Shown piece by piece: positions 24,283 to 32,000 of a stretch of 32,000 nucleotides of DNA (its first letter is position 1; each line of letters starts with the position of its first letter). The stretch comes from Crocosphaera subtropica ATCC 51142 (lineage in GTDB: Bacteria; Cyanobacteriota; Cyanobacteriia; Cyanobacteriales; Microcystaceae), in the NCBI RefSeq assembly GCF_000017845.1, contig NC_010546.1, positions 3,450,001 through 3,482,000 of the forward strand, read 5' to 3'. The notes under the pieces are model-generated. The model was not told where the DNA came from. It saw only the letters and a list, made by a program, of their open reading frames with translations, and ran no database searches. The translations under genes were made by a program, and so were the position numbers.

Positions 24283-25170
24283 ATGGCATTAGTAATTAGT
24301 ACCGTTAACATGAAAGGGGGTGTGGGAAAAACCACATTAACTGTCAATTTGGCTACTTGTTTAGCCAAAAATCACGGAAAACGAGTGTTAGTTCTCGATT
24401 TGGATGCCCAAATTAGTGCCACCCTCAGTTTAATGTCTCCCCATGAGTTCGCCCAAACCCGAAAAAAACGGCGTACTCTTAGTTATTTACTAGATAATAT
24501 TATTCAACCTAATCCTTATAGTAAACTCGATATTCATGATATTATCCAACCCTATATTTGTGGCATAGAAGGACTGGATTTATTACCAGGGGATTTAGAA
24601 TTATACGATGAGTATATCGTTTCAGAAATGCTGCATAAACAAGCTGCGATGGTGGATAATCCTGATTTTGAAACGGTTTGGAATCACTTTGAGAGGGTTT
24701 TAATTCAGAAAATTTTAGAGCCTGTTCTAGAACATTATCACTTTGTGATTATGGACTGCGCTCCGGGTTATAATCTTTTAACCAGAAGTGGTTTATCTGC
24801 TAGTAATTATTATTTATTACCGGCTCGTCCTGAACCTTTATCGGTGGTAGGAATGCAATTGTTAGAACGACGAATTGCTAAATTGAAAGAAAGCCATCAA
24901 AATAATCAACCCTTGAATTTGAATTTATTAGGAGTTGTTTTTATTTCATCAGGAGGCGGTTTATTAAGTCGTTATTATAACCGAGTCATGCGACGAGTCC
25001 AAGCGGATTTTTCTGCTGAAAAACTCTTTAAAACTTCCATTCCTATGGATGTTAATGTAGCTAAAGCAGTGGATAATTTTATGCCCGTTGTTACTTCTAT
25101 GCCTAATTCTAGTGGTTCTAAAGCATTCATTAAATTAGCAGAAGAATTTTTAAGTAAGTTACCTTCTTAA
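24283..25170 (+). CDS. ParA/MinD-family P-loop ATPase (orphan)
   Basis: The deviant Walker A KGGVGKTT follows MALVISTVNM. ATG 24283 is preceded by AAGGA. The track start 24253 is a TTG. No parB-like or mcdB-like partner is adjacent. Confidence 0.88.
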   Translation: MALVISTVNMKGGVGKTTLTVNLATCLAKNHGKRVLVLDLDAQISATLSLMSPHEFAQTRKKRRTLSYLLDNIIQPNPYSKLDIHDIIQPYICGIEGLDLLPGDLELYDEYIVSEMLHKQAAMVDNPDFETVWNHFERVLIQKILEPVLEHYHFVIMDCAPGYNLLTRSGLSASNYYLLPARPEPLSVVGMQLLERRIAKLKESHQNNQPLNLNLLGVVFISSGGGLLSRYYNRVMRRVQADFSAEKLFKTSIPMDVNVAKAVDNFMPVVTSMPNSSGSKAFIKLAEEFLSKLPS

Positions 25171-25175
25171 CTTTA

Positions 25176-25769
25176 TTAACCAATAATCAAATCCACTAAA
25201 TTATTAATTAATCGCTCTGGTTCCATGGGAATAATTTCTTGACCTGACAACATATTTTGAGTCAAAATATTATGGATTAACGTCCCCACAAAAATATGGG
25301 CAATGACTTCAGAATCTTTAATTTTGAGTTCAGGATGTTCCTTAAGATATCCCTTAAAAATGCTGATGGCCGGTTGAGCAACATTCTGCAAAAAGAGTCG
25401 AGATAATTCTGGATGTTTCCCTGACTCAGCAATAATTAAACGAACAAAACAGAGATAATCAGGATCATTAATTTCTGTTACAATTCGTCGAGCTAATTGA
25501 GTTAAAACTTGACGGGGTTCTCCTGATAAGGGTTTTGACCAAACTAAACGAAACTTTTGACAAGCAACATATTGAATTAAGGCCGTAAACAATCCTTCTT
25601 TATCATCAAAATAACTGTATAAGGTTTGTTTTGAAACCCTTGCGGTTTTTGCCACTTGATCCATCCGAGTGGCAGCATAACCATGTTCTAAAAATTCTGG
25701 TAACGCCCCTTGTAAAATTTGTTCTGCTTTTTTGTTCAATTGACTCGAAGAAGAATCTAATATCATCAT
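25176..25769 (-). CDS. TetR/AcrR-family transcriptional regulator
   Basis: 197 aa. The N-terminal HTH is GYAATRMDQVAKTARVSKQTLYSYFDDKEGLF. Confidence 0.92.
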   Translation of the reverse strand: MMILDSSSSQLNKKAEQILQGALPEFLEHGYAATRMDQVAKTARVSKQTLYSYFDDKEGLFTALIQYVACQKFRLVWSKPLSGEPRQVLTQLARRIVTEINDPDYLCFVRLIIAESGKHPELSRLFLQNVAQPAISIFKGYLKEHPELKIKDSEVIAHIFVGTLIHNILTQNMLSGQEIIPMEPERLINNLVDLIIG

Positions 25770-25855
25770 AATTTTAGGTTATTGTCAGTCACACTCAGAA
25801 AAAGAAAGAATCCTTGATACTTCGACATAGCTCAGCACAAGTTACTGATAACCGC

Positions 25856-26410
25856 TCACTGATTAAGTATAGAGAATTGCCAATGATTATTGGCAAGACG
25901 CTCATTAATGTGTTGTTTCCAAGTAGACAATTCTTGCTGAAACTGAGGAGAGTGTAAACTGCTACGCCAAAGAACCAGCGCATCTTCTCCCGTTTGTTTG
26001 TAATATCCTTTTCGTTGCCCTGCCACTTGAAAGCCAAACTTTCGATAGAGAGAAAGGGCGGGTTGATTAGACACTCTCACCTCTAGGGTAGCACGTTCTA
26101 ATTTTCGGTTAACTGCATCCCGAAGTAAACCATAAAGTAATAACTGTCCCAACCCTTGGCCTTGATATTGAGGATCAATCATTAATAAAGTAATGTGGGC
26201 CTCTTCTAAAATTTCCCAAAAACACCCACAACCGATAAGGGTTTGAGTGAAATGAGAAGACAAAACCCAAAAATGACTATTGGGACTTTGCAACTCCCGT
26301 CCATAGCCATCTTTTGTCCATAAACCCCCAAGACAACATTGATCTAAGGCTACCAGTTCATCCAGATGAGTTAACTGAGGAGTATGAAGTGTAACAAAGG
26401 AAGATGACAT
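25856..26410 (-). CDS. rimI: GNAT N-acetyltransferase, ribosomal-protein-alanine acetyltransferase-like
   Basis: 184 aa. It has the acetyl-CoA motif QGQGLGQLLL and a RimI-like layout (LDQCCLGGLWT...LEVRVSNQPALSLYRKFGF). Confidence 0.82.
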   Translation of the reverse strand: MSSSFVTLHTPQLTHLDELVALDQCCLGGLWTKDGYGRELQSPNSHFWVLSSHFTQTLIGCGCFWEILEEAHITLLMIDPQYQGQGLGQLLLYGLLRDAVNRKLERATLEVRVSNQPALSLYRKFGFQVAGQRKGYYKQTGEDALVLWRSSLHSPQFQQELSTWKQHINERLANNHWQFSILNQ

Positions 26411-26755
26411 TGAAAAGGTTAACTCATGAAATTTATTGACGTAAAGTTAGCTGATCATGGTAACTGTTCATTACTAAAACAAACGAGCAATTGTTTGATA
26501 TCGAACTCAGCCTACTTGACTAGGGTATCATTTTCTAGAAAGCGTTGACGAAATCTTTACAACCGTAGGGTAAAACTAGAAGTAGGTCAGCACAAAGCTT
26601 CTCACAACCAAGCTTTCTCCTGATTGTATAAAGGATTCCATAACTCATTATTAACATGATTCAAATCTATAAATATGATAAACAGAGAACCCTAGATAAT
26701 ATCCAGGCATTAGATTGCTATCATAGATAGCTATATCGTGTGAGGAGTCCTACTC

Positions 26756-27718
26756 ATGAAAGTATTACTCGATGTCATAAAGACCCTATTACTGATCAAT
26801 GGAGCCATCGTACTCCCTTCCTTCCTGTTAGTCATGGCTTTCTATGAACAGCAGTCAACCACCATTGCTTCAGCGGGTAATATGTCGTCCAAGTTCCATC
26901 GTAATATTCAAGATGACACCCCAAGCTACAAACAGAAGCTTGAAAAACTTGAAGCCCAAAAAAACCAATTACAAGCTAAGTTAGAAGCGTCCCAGGGAGC
27001 CACAACCGTTACCCCTGTCGTGGCTAATGGCCCATCAGCGAATAGTGCTGCTACCCAAGTTACCCCTGTTTCTCAACTCCAAGCACCAGCAACCCCATCA
27101 AAACCCTCTGTGAAAAGACCTGTTTTGACTAAGGTGGCAAGAGTGTCCCCAAACAAAACCCAGTCGATACCCTCCCAACCTTCAGTGGGTAAGTCCCCAG
27201 GCTATCCTTCTCAAAACACTGAAGTAGCTGTTGTCCAAGAGACAAGACCATCAAAGCCACTGTCTCAGGTTAATGTGGCAGAAAACACCTCAACCAGCCA
27301 TGATTTATCTGCTGGTTATCAGTCCTCTGACCAAGGAGTCCCTGAAATTGCTCCTACAGGTTTTGTCTCGGTGGCCGATTTGAATAAAACCAATCAACAG
27401 CAAGCCCAACTGGTTTCCTATTCCATCATTGCTCCCCAGGCAAAAACCCCCATTGAGCCACCCATTACTTTAGCTAATGACTTATCTGTGGGATTAATTG
27501 TTGCAGATAAGCGAAATGAACTGAATTACGGCACTAGGAACTATAAAAAAGTTCAAACTGCTATTCTTTCATTGCGTAAAGGTAATAGCCAGACTTTAGA
27601 AGAGGCAGCTAAAAAGGCGGGTATTGACCCAGATACTTTAAAATGGCTGGCTCATTATGGACAAAATCGTCCTGGTAGCTTTAATCCTCCTCAGATTAGC
27701 ATGATTAATCCGGAATAA
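26756..27718 (+). CDS. Hypothetical membrane-anchored protein with a coiled-coil and a long Pro/Ser/Thr/Gln-rich linker
   Basis: 320 aa. GAGGAG Shine-Dalgarno. The N-terminal TM is LLLINGAIVLPSFLLVMAF, followed by KQKLEKLEAQKNQLQAKLEA, about 150 aa of low complexity, and a structured C-terminal region of about 90 aa. Confidence 0.7.
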   Translation: MKVLLDVIKTLLLINGAIVLPSFLLVMAFYEQQSTTIASAGNMSSKFHRNIQDDTPSYKQKLEKLEAQKNQLQAKLEASQGATTVTPVVANGPSANSAATQVTPVSQLQAPATPSKPSVKRPVLTKVARVSPNKTQSIPSQPSVGKSPGYPSQNTEVAVVQETRPSKPLSQVNVAENTSTSHDLSAGYQSSDQGVPEIAPTGFVSVADLNKTNQQQAQLVSYSIIAPQAKTPIEPPITLANDLSVGLIVADKRNELNYGTRNYKKVQTAILSLRKGNSQTLEEAAKKAGIDPDTLKWLAHYGQNRPGSFNPPQISMINPE

Positions 27719-27784
27719 CCCTTTCGGATGTTGCTGATCGTTGTTGCTTGTCACTTTTTTTAGTAAATTCCATCCATCAGCATC

Positions 27785-28462
27785 ATGAAAATTTTAGTTG
27801 TCGAAGATGATGAAAACATAGTCATCCCCATTGAAGAGTATCTTGACGAACAAAACTATATCGTTGAAGTTGCATCTGATGGGGAAGTCGCTAGAGACTT
27901 TCTAGATGTTTTCGATTATGACCTCATCGTCTTGGATGTCATGTTGCCGAAACTTGATGGTATTGCTTTATGTCAGCAACTACGAGCTAATGGCTGTAAA
28001 ACACCAATTTTGATGTTAACAGCCAGAGACACAATTCAAGATAGGGTAAAAGGTCTTGATGCAGGTGCCGATGATTATTTAATCAAGCCTTTTGACCTCG
28101 AAGAACTCTCAGCAAGAATCCGTGCTTTACTGCGTCGAGGAGAAACGGCGTTGCCACCGATTTTAACCTGGGGAGACTTATGTGTTGATCCTAATACTTG
28201 TGAAGTAACGTATCAACAACAAGCATTAAACCTAAGTCCAAAAGAATATCGTTTGTTAGAGTTCTTTTTGCGGCATCCTCGTCGTATGTTTAGCCGTTCG
28301 CAACTGTTGGATCATCTCTGGGCTATGGATCAAATTCCTGAGGAGGCTACCGTGAAAGCCCATATTAGTAGTTTACGTCAAAAGCTGAAAACGGCTGGCC
28401 TTGAATCGGATGTGATTGAAACAGTGTATGGCTTAGGATATCGTCTTAAAGAGTCCCCATAG
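27785..28462 (+). CDS. OmpR-family response regulator
   Basis: 225 aa. The receiver has DLIVLDVMLPKLDG and a conserved K in LIKPF. The winged-helix output contains YGLGYRL. Confidence 0.95.
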   Translation: MKILVVEDDENIVIPIEEYLDEQNYIVEVASDGEVARDFLDVFDYDLIVLDVMLPKLDGIALCQQLRANGCKTPILMLTARDTIQDRVKGLDAGADDYLIKPFDLEELSARIRALLRRGETALPPILTWGDLCVDPNTCEVTYQQQALNLSPKEYRLLEFFLRHPRRMFSRSQLLDHLWAMDQIPEEATVKAHISSLRQKLKTAGLESDVIETVYGLGYRLKESP

Positions 28463-28503
28463 ACTGCTGTAAGTGAAGCTGAGATTCTGATGAGGTATGA
28501 CTA

Positions 28504-29772
28504 ATGTTTCAAAATGTACGCTTCCGTCTCCTATTATTTTATTTACTGGTCATGGAAGGGATCTTGATTCTGTTCGGTGGAAGTATCTATTTTTCTTTTA
28601 CTCGCCAAGAATCTAAACAACTTGATAACAAACTAATGGCTTTAGCTGAAGTTGTAGCCCCAACCTTTAGTAAAATCCAATATCAAGATACCTCTTCCTT
28701 ACAGCAATTACATAATGAAGACCTTTTTGATCCTGAAACTCAAACTATAGAATGGTTTGACCATAACAAAAATCTTCTCTGGCATCAAGGAAATTTACAG
28801 GTTTCCGCTCAACCTGAACCAGGTTTATTTACCCTCGGTTCCCAAAAACATAGTTCTGGAATTCGTAGTGTTACCTTCTCTGTTGCTGTGAATGCTTCGA
28901 GGAATATGCAAGCTTCTTCACGAGGTTATGTTCGTATTAGTCAATCTTTAGAAGAATTAGAAGCATCACAAAATCAATTACGTTTGATTTTATCACTAAG
29001 TGCGATCGCTGCTTTTAGCTTAGCTGCTGTGGGGGGTTATTTTTTAACTGATACAGCAGTTAAACCCATTGAAGAAGCCTTTGAAAAGCAGCAGCAGTTT
29101 ACGGCTGATGCGTCCCATGAACTCCGAGGTCCTTTGACCGCTATCAAAGCCTCCATTGATATTATGCGTCGTCACCCTGAGCGTTTTCAAGAGAAAGATG
29201 TCAGAAAAGTAGGAGCGATCGCCAATGCAACGGCTCAAATGACTCGTTTAGTTGAAGATTTATTATTTTTAGCGCGTACGGAAAAAAAAACGATAAAGTC
29301 TAATCCTGAATATATCCCTATTTCTCTTAATGATTTATTACAAAAATTAATTGACTTACTCGAACCGTTAGCAGGAGAAAAAAATATTACTTTAAATTAT
29401 CAAGCGTTTGATGAAGTTTCGGTTATGGGCAATCCTGATCAATTGACCCGTTTGTTTTCTAATTTGCTTTATAATGCTCTTAATTATACCTCTGAAAAAG
29501 GCTTGGTTTTAATCCGTCTGATCCAACATAATCGGCTGGTTAAAGTGGCAGTAGAAGATACAGGGGTTGGGATTGCTCCAGAAGATGTTTCCCATGTTTT
29601 TGATCGGTTCTGGCGTGCCGATAAATCCCGTCATAATAGCGGTGGAACCGGATTAGGTTTATCCATTGCTCAGGCGATCGCCCACTCCCATCAAGGAAAA
29701 ATTACGGTTAAAAGTAAGTTAGGAATTGGTACCTGTTTTGAAGTATCTTTACCGATTTTAGAAAATAAATAA
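28504..29772 (+). CDS. Sensor histidine kinase (two TM helices, HisKA plus HATPase_c)
   Basis: 422 aa. The H-box is ADASHELRGPLTAI, the N-box NLLYNALNYT, G1 EDTGVGI and G2 GGTGLGLSIA. A periplasmic loop of about 130 aa lies between the two TM helices. Confidence 0.95.
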   Translation: MFQNVRFRLLLFYLLVMEGILILFGGSIYFSFTRQESKQLDNKLMALAEVVAPTFSKIQYQDTSSLQQLHNEDLFDPETQTIEWFDHNKNLLWHQGNLQVSAQPEPGLFTLGSQKHSSGIRSVTFSVAVNASRNMQASSRGYVRISQSLEELEASQNQLRLILSLSAIAAFSLAAVGGYFLTDTAVKPIEEAFEKQQQFTADASHELRGPLTAIKASIDIMRRHPERFQEKDVRKVGAIANATAQMTRLVEDLLFLARTEKKTIKSNPEYIPISLNDLLQKLIDLLEPLAGEKNITLNYQAFDEVSVMGNPDQLTRLFSNLLYNALNYTSEKGLVLIRLIQHNRLVKVAVEDTGVGIAPEDVSHVFDRFWRADKSRHNSGGTGLGLSIAQAIAHSHQGKITVKSKLGIGTCFEVSLPILENK

Positions 29773-29952
29773 AAACCAGGCAAAGGAATAGATTATAGAC
29801 TCAATATTTCATAGGATAAAAATTATTTAATACAAGACCCTGGAGTAATTCTCAGGCATAATCATAACTGAGTGGTGATGACTATCACTGCTAAAGTTTA
29901 GTGAATCATTTTATTCTAATTAATAACTGTTTTTTTAGTGATACTTATTGAT

Positions 29953-30144
29953 ATGAATACAACTCATGATTATGTTTGGATTGTTGTTGCAAATAACATT
30001 CCTGTTGAAGCTTATGAAGATCAAGTAGAAGCTCGCCAAATGACTTTAAAATGGAGTGAAGAATCCAAGAACCACATTGCTTGCTATCGGGTTCCTATCA
30101 TTCCTCAATTTTCAAAATATCTTAAAAGTTTCCAAGGCAGTTAA
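29953..30144 (+). CDS. Small hypothetical protein (63 aa)
   Basis: The track ORF starts at GTG 29938. The first ATG gives MNTTHDYVWIVVANN.... I see no motif and no convincing Shine-Dalgarno. Confidence 0.35.
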   Translation: MNTTHDYVWIVVANNIPVEAYEDQVEARQMTLKWSEESKNHIACYRVPIIPQFSKYLKSFQGS

Positions 30145-30199
30145 CTGGGCTACCTTCAATTATTTATGACTTTAATCTCTATGGCACTAAAAAATTATT

Positions 30200-30688
30200 A
30201 TGATTTTTCTCAAACTTTTTCAAAGTGTTACCAATAAGCCAGCCAAAGGATTCACTTTAATTGAACTGATGGTTGTCATATTAATAGTATCCGTATTAGG
30301 GGTGATTGCATTACCAATGACTATATCTGCTGTCGGAAAAGCAAGGGAAACAGAGGCTAAACAGATTTTGAGTAGTATTGGACAAGGACAACAGGCTTAT
30401 TTTTTTGAACACGCAACATTTGCAACTGCACTTGATTCTTTAGATGTCACTTTTTCTGGTCAGTATTATAATTTTGAAGAACCATTATTAATTAATTCCA
30501 CTGCAGTCAAACACGGGGCGATTGGCCTAAATGCTCAACAAGCTAATACTAGAGAATATCAATTAGGAATTTACTATAATTTGAGTTCATTTTCTCTTGT
30601 TCTTTGTCAAAGTTCCACTGAAAATGATGTAGCTGAAGCCCCCAATAGCTCAAATGACTCTTGTATCCAAGGTACTAGAATAGACTAA
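30200..30688 (+). CDS. Type IV pilin-like protein (prepilin N-terminal cleavage/methylation motif)
   Basis: 162 aa. The leader MIFLKLFQSVTNKPAKG is followed by FTLIELMVVILIVSVLGVIALP (G|FTLIE motif). GKARETEAKQILSSIGQGQQAYFFE is typical of cyanobacterial pilin-like G/H-family proteins. Confidence 0.86.
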   Translation: MIFLKLFQSVTNKPAKGFTLIELMVVILIVSVLGVIALPMTISAVGKARETEAKQILSSIGQGQQAYFFEHATFATALDSLDVTFSGQYYNFEEPLLINSTAVKHGAIGLNAQQANTREYQLGIYYNLSSFSLVLCQSSTENDVAEAPNSSNDSCIQGTRID

Positions 30689-30744
30689 ATCATGATAATA
30701 ATACGACGGATAATTATTCAAAAAGATAATCACTGAAGTTAGCC

Positions 30745-32000
30745 TCAACTCCAGTTTTTTAGGGAGTGTCTAGCAAAGTTTAAAGCTTCTTCTTTAGTCG
30801 ATATTTTTCCTTCAACTTGAGCGATAGAAACTTCTGTTAAAAGTTGGCCAAGTTGGGGACTAGGTTTCATATTAAGATTTTTGATTAAATCATGACCTGT
30901 AATTAAAGCAATAGGATGAGCGACTTTATCTTGAGGATTAAGATAATGATCAATCAGTTTAAAAATTAGTTGATTATTGACTTTTTTGGCTAAAGCAACA
31001 AGAGCAAAAATAGGAAAATTATCACCCAATTCTAAAAATAGAAAATATAGGTTTTTAAAAGATATGTTTTGCTGATTTCCCCTTAGCCAAGGTAAATGAC
31101 TTAAAATATTTAAAATGGCTTTAATATCCTGATTAGAGTATTTTAAATTCATTAATTCTCTCTTAGCAATTTCAGTATTGTTAGAAACTAAACAAGTTAG
31201 TCTTGCTCTTTGAATTAGAGAACTCTTATAAATTTCTTGATTATCTTGAAGATTAAAGAAACTTTTAAACTCTGTTTCTTTTAACTTATTTAATAATAGT
31301 TCAAGAACTCTATCTATTTCTTTCAGTAGCTGTAAATTATCATGGTTGATGTGAGGAAAATGAATTTTTAATAAGCCATCTTTTTCCATTTCACTTAACC
31401 AATAACTACCCCTAGAATTGCCTAATAAATAATTTAATTCAGTTTGTACACGTTCAGTAGCTACTTGAGTGATTAAAGAAGATAATTGAACAATGGTTTG
31501 CCGTGTTTTTGGATCGATTTTAAACTTTAGTTGAGCAGCTTGGCGATAAGCTCTAAATAATCGTAAGGGATCATCTTGTAAATTTTTAACATGAATCATT
31601 CTAATGGTTTTTGTTTGTAAATCTTCTAACCCATTTAAAGGATCAATAACTTGTTGTTGATGAAAGTTATAGGCGATCGCATTAATCGTAAAATCCCGTC
31701 TCCTTAAATCTGTTTCAATGGTATCTCCCTCTTGTTGAGCAAAATCAACAGTTCCTTGTTCAAAAACCACTCTAGCAATCTTTCTTTCTGCATCTAAAAC
31801 CACAAAACCCGCATTATACTGATTTGAAATTTTTTTTGCTGTTTCGATTACTAATTCAGGTAAAACAAAATCTAAATCAAGATAATTTTGCTGATAATTC
31901 AGTAGTGAATCTCGAACCATACCACCTACTAAATAAGCAGGCATAGGTAGCAATTCTAAGTCAAATGGTAAAATTTTAGAAGATAAATTGAAAAATAATG
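30745..32000 (-). CDS. cca: CCA-adding tRNA nucleotidyltransferase / poly(A) polymerase family protein (5' end may lie beyond the window)
   Basis: The head-domain motif AYLVGGMVRDSLL...DLDFV and RRDFTINA are present. The track start 31953 is a TTG. The frame stays open to base 32000 (FFNLSSKILPFDLELLPMPAY), and ATG 31944 is an internal alternative. Confidence 0.85.
   Translation of the reverse strand, partial: LFFNLSSKILPFDLELLPMPAYLVGGMVRDSLLNYQQNYLDLDFVLPELVIETAKKISNQYNAGFVVLDAERKIARVVFEQGTVDFAQQEGDTIETDLRRRDFTINAIAYNFHQQQVIDPLNGLEDLQTKTIRMIHVKNLQDDPLRLFRAYRQAAQLKFKIDPKTRQTIVQLSSLITQVATERVQTELNYLLGNSRGSYWLSEMEKDGLLKIHFPHINHDNLQLLKEIDRVLELLLNKLKETEFKSFFNLQDNQEIYKSSLIQRARLTCLVSNNTEIAKRELMNLKYSNQDIKAILNILSHLPWLRGNQQNISFKNLYFLFLELGDNFPIFALVALAKKVNNQLIFKLIDHYLNPQDKVAHPIALITGHDLIKNLNMKPSPQLGQLLTEVSIAQVEGKISTKEEALNFARHSLKNWS

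Noticed and set aside
24283-25170. ParA-like ATPase as McdA (carboxysome positioning)
   Set aside because: No McdB-like ORF follows it; the next gene is a convergent TetR. No carboxysome genes are nearby. The canonical KGGVGKT Walker A gives no discrimination. I left it as an orphan ParA/MinD-family ATPase.
23721-26037. Track ORFs 23721..23903 (-) and 25795..26037 (-)
   Set aside because: The first is antisense to aroH. The second overlaps the 3' end of rimI in another frame.
29044-29238. Track ORF 29044..29238 (-)
   Set aside because: Antisense to the histidine-kinase H-box region.
1-32000. tRNA, rRNA, CRISPR arrays, transposases or integrases
   Set aside because: I scanned the intergenic regions for T-loop-like GGTTCGA motifs, spaced direct repeats and IS-type ORFs and found none. 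The only repeats present are heptamer arrays and short palindromic or dispersed elements.

Overview
This window looks like cyanobacterial chromosome. The HIP1 octamer GCGATCGC recurs about 20 times by eye. There is a high-light-inducible protein gene, an rpmG-rpsR pair, and many heptamer short tandem repeats of the STRR kind. Overall AT-richness fits a unicellular Chroococcales-type genome (Cyanothece, Crocosphaera or Rippkaea-like); that placement is a guess, not a search result.

Most of the window is housekeeping: RNase II, S18/L33, PrxQ, CobQ, LhgO, DAHP synthase, SppA, AroH, RimI, a CCA-adding enzyme, an OmpR/HK two-component pair and a pilin-like protein.

Two regions stand out.
(1) 3703-12586 is a divergently arranged membrane cluster. 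A large GT-C-like polytopic protein faces a tightly packed six-gene plus-strand operon. The operon encodes a GT2 polyprenyl-phosphate glycosyltransferase-like protein, an FrhB/FdhB-like Fe-S flavoprotein, a 529-aa unknown soluble protein, a 171-aa anchored protein, an HTTM (vitamin-K-carboxylase-like) membrane protein and an LPG-synthase-TM flippase-like protein. It combines Gtr/Arn-type periplasmic glycosylation logic with redox and HTTM parts that have no counterpart in those systems. This is my best candidate for an undescribed system.
(2) 20483-22895 is a small accessory, gene-decay island bounded by heptamer repeat arrays. It holds an intact DUF433/DUF5615 toxin-antitoxin-like pair, a start-less hicB fragment abutting a collapsed CHAT-domain gene remnant, and a small gene carrying a frameshift and an in-frame stop.

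Also noted: a 47-aa HLIP gene missing from the ORF track, a dispersed intergenic repeat of about 60-80 nt with a variable heptamer array, and GGTGGGTTA-type palindromic elements. I saw no tRNA, rRNA, CRISPR array or transposase.
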